Assembly: GCA_964645775.1 (NCBI GenBank)
Contig: CAZYBU010000008.1
Location: 2,957 to 66,956, forward strand
Origin: an uncultured Leptospirales bacterium
GTDB lineage: Bacteria > Spirochaetota > UBA4802 > UBA5550
Reading direction: 5' to 3'
DNA length: 64,000 nt
Below, in pieces: positions 57,659 to 64,000 of the stretch. Below the pieces are notes generated by a model. The model was not told the DNA's origin. It saw only the letters and a program-made list of their open reading frames with translations, and made no database searches. The position numbers were made by a program, and so were the translations under genes. Numbering within the stretch: the first letter of the stretch is position 1; every line of letters starts with the position of its first letter.

Positions 57659-57938
57659 AGAAACCGGAACGCGGTACGTCAGGATACCTCTTCCACGTTA
57701 TCCTGGATATATTTATCAAATTCCTCTTCGGACATTTTGCCCTTATAAAGAGGCCAGAGACTCTCCTTAAGTTCTTCCATGGTAGAGAATTTCGCCCCAT
57801 CTATCTTATATTTTCCCATAATCAGTATCCAATAACGTTAGACTGACAATTTAATATATCCTTGTCCCTTACGAATGAAAATACAATATATAACCAGATT
57901 TGTAAAGCACAGGTAAGCTTTTAGATGTGAGATTTTTG

Positions 57939-58340
57939 TTAATTTCCGGGTCGGGCCGTTTTTACCCGGTTACGGCCCGCTTCCTTTGCAGCGTAAAGGA
58001 CTTTATCAGCGATTGCCACAAGTCTATCCGCCTTTCCCGAATCATCGGGAATCATGGTCGCTGTTCCCAGGCTGATGGTAATATATTCGGAAACGATGGG
58101 CGTATCCTCAAGACCCTTCAGGTCCTTTATGATACCCGTAAGCTTTATGCCATCCATCCCCGGCAGATTAATATCCATAAGAATACAGTCCAGGGGAGAC
58201 GCGGCCCGGGTCATTTCATGGATCAGGGCCAGGGCCTCTTCAGGAGAACGAACACCTTTCAGTTCTCCATACTGGTTCCCCAGTGTCTCTTTAAGAGAAT
58301 CATGGACTGTGTCGGAATCATCAATTACAAGGATATTCAT
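57939..58340 (-). CDS. response-regulator receiver domain fused to a GGDEF C-terminal remnant
   Basis: Start set at ATG 58340 (MNILVIDDSD). The phospho-acceptor region reads LMDINLPGMDG. The last ~40 aa (ITISLGTA...ADKVLYAAKEAGRNRV) match only the end of a GGDEF domain. No GGDEF motif present. Confidence 0.7.
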   Translation of the reverse strand: MNILVIDDSDTVHDSLKETLGNQYGELKGVRSPEEALALIHEMTRAASPLDCILMDINLPGMDGIKLTGIIKDLKGLEDTPIVSEYITISLGTATMIPDDSGKADRLVAIADKVLYAAKEAGRNRVKTARPGN

Positions 58341-58657
58341 ACGAAAAATTGTTTCCCCGTTGCTATTAATTGACAAACGATACACTTTTGCATGTCACGC
58401 ATTTACGACCATTATAATGTCAGGCCCCCGCAGGCAATAGTATTTTTTTACCCAATTATTGACCGGCACCTGACTCCGGCAAGGTAACAAGTCTTGCCTG
58501 TCGTATCCTGATAAGCTTTAATGCCCGAAACCCGGTTCTGTTAATCCAGGTATTTTCTCAGAGCATTAAACGTTTACAGGACCTCTACTGCAAAGGGTAT
58601 CCTGCGTACCGCATTACTACAACTTTTCTTAACGCGCAGCTGTCATCCGAGACATCC

Positions 58658-59428
58658 TCACGAAAGAGATTTCACCCGTTCAAGCAGTTTCTCATAATGA
58701 CTCCCCTTCCAGTATATCTTACCGCATTCCCGGCATCTGAAAAACTCCCTGCACCAGGAGGCTACACCGGGAGGCACTCTTTCCAGCGCCTTTTCGGTTT
58801 CCATTCTTTCAATAATCCCGTTACATTCCATGCAGCGGGAAAAGGGATCGATACAATTACGAAACTGCAATCTCTCCATAATCTCGCGAAGCTGCTTATC
58901 CGGATCACGGTTTCTCACGTACAGTCCCCTGTCAACGATACGTCTCATGAGAAGCCCACGATCCCGTGTCAAAAGAACCCTCCTCTCGCGGTGGGAGACA
59001 TCCGCCAGTTCTGGATCATCTCTTTCTGGAGAATAATCCGTGTCAAATCCCAGAAGACGCAGGTATCTTGCAAGGGGTCTGAGATGAACGTCACACACAA
59101 ACCTGGGATCGCGCAGGGGCCCCTGCCACCGGGGCGTCATGCCGGACACGTCAAACCGTTCAAAAACAGGATAAACGCTTATACGATCATTATGCCGGAG
59201 AATATAATCAAAATCGACCGGTTCGCCGTTTACCAGGATCATGTCAACTTCAACATGGGGGACCCCGGTCGATTCTATCAGGTCCTTGACGGATCTCCTT
59301 TCCGGAAACTCGACCTGAAACTCCTGTTTTCTTCTGTGGACCGGGAGAAAATCATTCAGTTCCTCGTACATCCTCACAGAGACCTGGAATATTTCGTCAC
59401 CGTTTTTACACATGGCACCTTCCATCAT
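58658..59428 (-). CDS. Mut7-C RNase-domain protein with N-terminal ubiquitin-like domain
   Basis: FVCDVHLRPLARYLRLLGFDT...LLTRD PIN-like core. C-terminal zinc ribbon CMECN...CRECGKIYWKGSH. Confidence 0.75.
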   Translation of the reverse strand: MMEGAMCKNGDEIFQVSVRMYEELNDFLPVHRRKQEFQVEFPERRSVKDLIESTGVPHVEVDMILVNGEPVDFDYILRHNDRISVYPVFERFDVSGMTPRWQGPLRDPRFVCDVHLRPLARYLRLLGFDTDYSPERDDPELADVSHRERRVLLTRDRGLLMRRIVDRGLYVRNRDPDKQLREIMERLQFRNCIDPFSRCMECNGIIERMETEKALERVPPGVASWCREFFRCRECGKIYWKGSHYEKLLERVKSLS

Positions 59429-59654
59429 CCCGGCTTGAATCGTCTCGTAAAGTGCTTTACATCGATTATTATTTCTGACAATAGCCGGGTATATGACTAC
59501 TGCTGCGGCACAACAATAATTAATCTAATATCTCAGCCGCCTTCGGCGGCGGGAACGGACATCTCACATTAATACTTAATACTTTTTTTATTTGCACTTA
59601 AAAGCATCCTGGAAACAATTACCGTGAACGAATACATGTAATCAGGAACATCCT

Positions 59655-60791
59655 ATGGGAAATGAACACATCCAAATTGAGGAATCCTCCAGACCGCGGG
59701 GTCATTTTTACCGAACCTTCCGTGACCTTCCAAAAAAAATCTACAGGTCATCCCCCTATTTCGTCCCCTGGCTCAATTATGACATGAAGTCGATCCTGAC
59801 CCGACGGCATCCTCTCTTTGAGCACACGGATGCACTCTTTCTCCTGGCCCGGAGAGGCAAACGGGCCGTGGGTCGCATCATGGTTTTTGATAACAGCCGT
59901 TATAACAGGACTCACGAGACCCGGGCCGCCCACTTTTTCTTCCTCGACCTGGAAAATGATATGGAGATCCTGGAGTCCCTTTTTAATAAAGCGAGCGACT
60001 GGGCCCGTGAACGGAAACTGGATATCATCCTGGGTCCCATGGGTTTCGGCGGTGTAACCGGGGGCGGCATCCTTGTAGAGGGTTTTGAAGAGCGTTGCGC
60101 CATGAACATGATGGGCTACAACCATCCTTATTACCCGGACCTCATGGAGAGATACGGTTTCGAAAAATTTCTGGACCTCCACTCCTTTTACCTGAGTGTT
60201 CCCGATTTTAAACTTCCTGAACAGATTCATGTGGCGGCACGAGCCCTTCTCGATAAGGGAGATTTCGGTGTGAAAGTTTTTCACAGCAAAAAAGACATGT
60301 GGATGATCGCACCCCGTATAATCGAATTATACAAAGAGACCCTGGGGCATCATCCGGAAAACTACCTAATGTCCGAAAGTGAACTTCAGCTCCTGGCAAA
60401 GGACATTATCACCACAGCGGACCCGGAACTTATTAAGATACTGACCTATCACGATAAAGTAATCGGTTTCCTTTTCGCCTTCCATGACCTGTCCAGGGCC
60501 CTCCGGAAATCGAGAGGAAGGCTGACACCCCTTTCTATTGTCAGGATTATCCGGGAATATAAAAAGACGGACCGGGTCCTTATAAACGGCATAGGCATTC
60601 TACCGGAATACCAGGGTTTGGGAGGAAACGCCCTCCTCTATAGCGAACTGGAGAAGACCATAAAGGGTAAGGGTTTCCGGCACGCCGAGATGGTCCTCGT
60701 GGCGGAGACAACGGCCCGTATGCTCTCAAATGTTGAAACTCTTAAAGGTGAAAGCCTTAAAGTACACAGAATATTCCAGCTTAAACTCTGA
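59655..60791 (+). CDS. hypothetical protein, possible GNAT/FemAB-like acyltransferase fold
   Basis: 378 aa. No firm motif. Weak resemblance to Acetyltransf_6-type proteins. Confidence 0.4.
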   Translation: MGNEHIQIEESSRPRGHFYRTFRDLPKKIYRSSPYFVPWLNYDMKSILTRRHPLFEHTDALFLLARRGKRAVGRIMVFDNSRYNRTHETRAAHFFFLDLENDMEILESLFNKASDWARERKLDIILGPMGFGGVTGGGILVEGFEERCAMNMMGYNHPYYPDLMERYGFEKFLDLHSFYLSVPDFKLPEQIHVAARALLDKGDFGVKVFHSKKDMWMIAPRIIELYKETLGHHPENYLMSESELQLLAKDIITTADPELIKILTYHDKVIGFLFAFHDLSRALRKSRGRLTPLSIVRIIREYKKTDRVLINGIGILPEYQGLGGNALLYSELEKTIKGKGFRHAEMVLVAETTARMLSNVETLKGESLKVHRIFQLKL

Positions 60792-62361
60792 TCGTTCCGC
60801 GGTCGCCGGTTGTGCCACTATCAGCGTGAACGACATGCCGGTTTTTACCTGCGTTCTTGGCCTGGTACATGGCCTTATCCGCGATCTTAATCAGGTCCGT
60901 TTCGATTTCACCGTGATCCGGGTAAAGAGCGATACCTATACTCACGCCCACTCTTCTTATATCATCTCCCACCGGTATTTCCCGGTTAACGCCGACGACA
61001 ATTTTTTCGGACACAAAGGATGCGTCTTCCCCGGTTGATATCTTCTGCAAAATAATGGCAAATTCATCCCCTCCCATTCGAGCAACGATATCGTTCTCGC
61101 GAACGGCTTCTCTCAGCCTGTCCGCCACGATCCTCAGAACCCTGTCTCCGGCGTCATGTCCGTATTGGTCGTTAATGTCCTTGAAACCGTCCAGGTCGAG
61201 AAAGAGAAGGGCAAAAGCACCCCCTTCCCTCCGGCTGTTAGAGATAGCCTGGGCAACCAGCCGATAGAAGAGGGAACGGTTCACAAGGTCGGTAAGATCA
61301 TCATAGTGGGCCAGATGGACGAGCTCTTTTTCAAGCATCCGCTGTTCCGTCATATCCTGCATCGTCCCCCTTATCGCCGTAACTTCTTCCCGTGCATTCC
61401 GCACAGCCCGGATCTCGGAACGCATGTTACGCTCATCTCCATCAGGCAGAAGAAACCTGAATTCATAGTTACGCACTTTGTGGAGGTTCCTGAAATCCGT
61501 AATAAGGTTTTCAAAGATATAACTGTCCTCAGGGTGGATGAACCGTTCCACGAATTCCTGGAAATCGGAGATATCCTCATCTGCCTGAAGGTCCATAAGC
61601 TCAAACACGTTTCGTGACCAGGTAATTATTCCTGTTTCCGGATTCAGTTCCCAGGTCACAAGGCGGGCCATCCTCTGCGCGTTCTCCAGTTTTTCCTGAT
61701 TTGCCAGGAGGATGCGTTCCCTCCTGTCCGCGATACGGATAGTCCAGCTGACCAGAAAACCTATCCCGAGGAACCCAAAGATATTTGTAAAAAGAATGGA
61801 GGCCAGATAACGTAAACTCACTCCACCCATATCGCCCGCAAGGACTTCTCTGCCATGTATTATACCGGTGTATTCAAGCAGGATGGGAACGGCATAAGAA
61901 AAAGTGCTGAGAAGTACCACCACATAAATGTCCGCGGGCCGCAGGAGAAAACCGGCCACTACGATCACAAGGGCGTAGATTATCTCCACATGGTTCATGG
62001 CCCCGTTAACAATATGAACGATACCGCCCATCTCCAGGAGAAAGAGAGCAAGCCATACATAGATAACAGTGCGCCTCCGTTTTCCCTTCTGGACAAGTAC
62101 ATTGAACCAGGGATAGAGAGACGCGTTCAGTATCAGCAAAAAAAGTACAAGATTGTGGATAAAAAAGTTTTCCACCCGGTAAAGGAGAACGATTCCGATC
62201 ATAACCAGGGTGATGAGGAATATCAGGGTCGAAATAACAACGAACCTTCGATTGATATCCTCTTCCCGGTCAAATCTCTGATTCAGGATGGATGTCTTAA
62301 ACATGCCTGGCAGTCCTTTAGTATCCATATATTGTACCATACCAGAGACGATATCGTCCAA
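60781..62361 (-). CDS. sensor diguanylate cyclase (membrane domain + PAS + GGDEF)
   Basis: N-terminal multi-TM region, PAS-like middle, GGDEF domain with intact RMGGDEFAIIL and C-terminal YQAKNAGKNR. Confidence 0.85.
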   Translation of the reverse strand: MDDIVSGMVQYMDTKGLPGMFKTSILNQRFDREEDINRRFVVISTLIFLITLVMIGIVLLYRVENFFIHNLVLFLLILNASLYPWFNVLVQKGKRRRTVIYVWLALFLLEMGGIVHIVNGAMNHVEIIYALVIVVAGFLLRPADIYVVVLLSTFSYAVPILLEYTGIIHGREVLAGDMGGVSLRYLASILFTNIFGFLGIGFLVSWTIRIADRRERILLANQEKLENAQRMARLVTWELNPETGIITWSRNVFELMDLQADEDISDFQEFVERFIHPEDSYIFENLITDFRNLHKVRNYEFRFLLPDGDERNMRSEIRAVRNAREEVTAIRGTMQDMTEQRMLEKELVHLAHYDDLTDLVNRSLFYRLVAQAISNSRREGGAFALLFLDLDGFKDINDQYGHDAGDRVLRIVADRLREAVRENDIVARMGGDEFAIILQKISTGEDASFVSEKIVVGVNREIPVGDDIRRVGVSIGIALYPDHGEIETDLIKIADKAMYQAKNAGKNRHVVHADSGTTGDRGTIRV

Positions 62362-62381
62362 TTTTTTTTCTGATTATACCG

Positions 62382-63185
62382 CTATGGAGACAGGGCATCT
62401 TCCTTTGCCGGGTCAAGGAGTCCAAAACCGGCGGGCCAGAGATCTGCCGGCCCGGAGCCCATACGTTCAAGTATGGCCAGCGTCACAAGGCGGGAGGCAA
62501 TGGTGTCAGCCGAGCAATATCGGATCAGCTTCGGTCTGCATTCAGGATGACCCGCTTTCCACCTGTAATAGAGGTTCAGCGCTTCAATGCCGTCCCAGTC
62601 CACAAGGTCGGCCGGCCGATGGATGCCGAGTTTTTTTTCCAGGACCTTCAGCCCCCCTCTTAAGCCGGAATGCCAGGAGACCCAGCGGAGATCGATATGG
62701 GGTGCCTGAAAACCGGGTATATGAAAAGACCGTTCAAGGAAGGGAATATCAAAACAGGCGCCGTTGAAGGTAACAAGCAGTTCCCGGCTGTCGGCGAAGT
62801 CGATAAAATCGTCCAGGTTCTCCCCTTCCACAAAGGTATGAAGCTCCCCCCGGTCCAGGGCAACCACCACGGTTACCCGGTGGTCTATCATGGAGAGTCC
62901 CGTGGTTTCGATGTCAAAGAAGGTTGCCCGGTCAAAAAACCGGTCCAGTATCCTCCAGTGATGCCGGTTATGGAAAACCCGGGTAAAGAAGGTGATATCC
63001 TCCCTCTTCAGGGCCTCCATTCCCCTTTGAATCTCGTCCACGAAAGGGCCTTTCATTTTTGCGGAGAGAGGAAGGCCGGAAGGGTTTTCCAGGCACTCCT
63101 TCCAGGTATGGTAACCGGCCCGGCGAATCCGTTCATCCATGCGGGGTCCTATCCCCGGACAATGGTCGAAGACCCGGTCTATCAA
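62382..63185 (-). CDS. RNase H-like 3'-5' exonuclease, YprB/MrfB-like
   Basis: FFDIETTGL exonuclease motif I and downstream acidic motifs. N-terminal HhH-like region. Start overlaps the upstream helicase stop by 4 nt. Confidence 0.65.
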   Translation of the reverse strand: MIDRVFDHCPGIGPRMDERIRRAGYHTWKECLENPSGLPLSAKMKGPFVDEIQRGMEALKREDITFFTRVFHNRHHWRILDRFFDRATFFDIETTGLSMIDHRVTVVVALDRGELHTFVEGENLDDFIDFADSRELLVTFNGACFDIPFLERSFHIPGFQAPHIDLRWVSWHSGLRGGLKVLEKKLGIHRPADLVDWDGIEALNLYYRWKAGHPECRPKLIRYCSADTIASRLVTLAILERMGSGPADLWPAGFGLLDPAKEDALSP

Positions 63186-64000
63186 TGAATCCGCTCCCTT
63201 TTCTTTCGGAGGATGTCGGAGGCCCGGTCCAGTTTACCCCGCACGGCCTGCCGCTCTTCGTCAGGTTCAATACCAATCAGGGCCTGTTCCAGTTCACTGG
63301 ATCGGATCTGTACACGGGGGACCTTCACATCTCCTTCCAGCAGAGAATCCAGGAGAGAAAGGGTACAGACCCGGGATGCGTCACTCTCTACCAGCAGGTA
63401 TTCCAGAGTCGCGGAGTCCACACCTGGAGGAAGTGAAGGCACGCAGGAAGGACAGCCGCTTTCGCATTCGCATTCACGGATAATGTCACGGACCAGAACC
63501 AGGGTCTCCGGAAGCATCTCGAAGACTTTCTCGGAATAGCCGACCCCTCCTTCGATTGCGTCGTAGAGAAAGAGGGAACTCTTCCATTCTTCGCCCGTGG
63601 TCTCATTCAGGGAAACGTCGGTCCCAAGATCCCTGGGATCGGCCATGCATATAACCGAGGAGGCGTGGGGAAGGATATACGCCAGCCCGTGAAAGGCCGC
63701 GCCGATAAAACGGATATCCTCCCGGTTCATGGTTTCGATCCACTCGCCGGGCGCCAGCAGGCTGAAACCGACGGTGTCGTACTCGAAAGGCGGGAGGGTA
63801 ATGGGACCGTAACCGATATTCTCGAATGTCCTCTCCCGGATCTTCTTGTACAGTTTCGGCTGTCGATTCACGTTCACTTCCCCAAGAGTCACAAGTCCAT
63901 CGTAGAGGTCCTTCTTTTCATAGACATGATTCATGGTAATGCGGCTCTCCCAGTGCGCCTCGGTATAGTAGTCCACGTCCACAGGTTCCACCCGGCAGAG
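63182..64000 (-). CDS. C-terminal region of a YprA/MrfA-like DEXH helicase (DUF1998 domain), 5' part beyond window
   Basis: CECESGCPSCV four-Cys DUF1998 signature. The frame stays open to the window edge. The track 'start' at 63991 is an internal GTG. Confidence 0.6.
   Translation of the reverse strand, partial: LCRVEPVDVDYYTEAHWESRITMNHVYEKKDLYDGLVTLGEVNVNRQPKLYKKIRERTFENIGYGPITLPPFEYDTVGFSLLAPGEWIETMNREDIRFIGAAFHGLAYILPHASSVICMADPRDLGTDVSLNETTGEEWKSSLFLYDAIEGGVGYSEKVFEMLPETLVLVRDIIRECECESGCPSCVPSLPPGVDSATLEYLLVESDASRVCTLSLLDSLLEGDVKVPRVQIRSSELEQALIGIEPDEERQAVRGKLDRASDILRKKRERIH

Noticed and set aside
58470-58500. Hairpin GGCAAGgtaacaagtCTTGCC in the receiver-gene / Mut7-C intergenic region as a terminator
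   Set aside because: No T-tract follows on either strand. Orientation and function cannot be assigned from sequence alone.
1-64000. CRISPR arrays, rRNA genes, IS transposases, integrases
   Set aside because: No regularly spaced direct repeats, no rRNA-like conserved segments, and no transposase or integrase motifs (DDE, tyrosine recombinase RHRY) in any frame.

Overview
This 64 kb window is high-GC chromosomal DNA, probably from an anaerobic deltaproteobacterium (Syntrophia/Desulfobacterota-like gene content; this taxonomic placement is inference). Most genes are on the minus strand.

Layout:
- 1-4.5 kb: a def-fmt operon continues into an HNH endonuclease gene and an 811-aa protein with a cyclic-nucleotide-binding domain.
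- 4.87 kb: tRNA-Asp(GTC) with its own terminator.
- 5-11 kb: a methyl-accepting chemotaxis protein, a TetR regulator divergent from a tungsten-type aldehyde:ferredoxin oxidoreductase, and an MBL-fold hydrolase.
- 11-40 kb: a very large minus-strand beta-oxidation-type supercluster. It contains a TetR regulator, Hbd, a crotonase, two true thiolases, four Cys-less thiolase-fold paralogues in two coupled pairs, a fifth thiolase-fold protein, five DUF35 proteins (one with a degenerate zinc ribbon), three acyl-CoA dehydrogenases, a MaoC dehydratase, an SDR, a phytoene-desaturase-family flavoprotein next to a CrtC/AttH-like putative hydratase, a PP2C-like protein, PHP and metallophosphoesterase proteins, an acyl-CoA ligase, a BKACE enzyme and CoA-transferase A/B subunits.
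- 40-64 kb: mixed housekeeping and accessory genes, including a B12-binding radical SAM protein, fbp, a sulfatase, an MFS symporter, a Mop/TOBE protein, a GGDEF cyclase, a Mut7-C RNase and a MrfA/MrfB-like helicase/exonuclease pair.

The main non-obvious signals are four:
- A duplicated [thiolase + Cys-less thiolase-fold pair + 2x DUF35] module, with embedded CrtI/CrtC-like genes. This suggests an uncharacterised route for branched or isoprenoid acyl-CoA breakdown.
- A dispersed 16-bp palindrome, ACCGATA(AC/GT)TATCGGT, at four intercistronic sites. Two 19-bp perfect inverted repeats of a related sequence bracket a small ribbon-helix-helix gene.
- Matching inverted-repeat operators upstream of the two paralogous TetR genes and the acyl-CoA ligase gene.
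- A conserved non-coding motif present in two distant AT-rich leader regions.

The ORF track uses GTG/TTG as alternative starts. Several start coordinates were adjusted to ATG codons with Shine-Dalgarno support.
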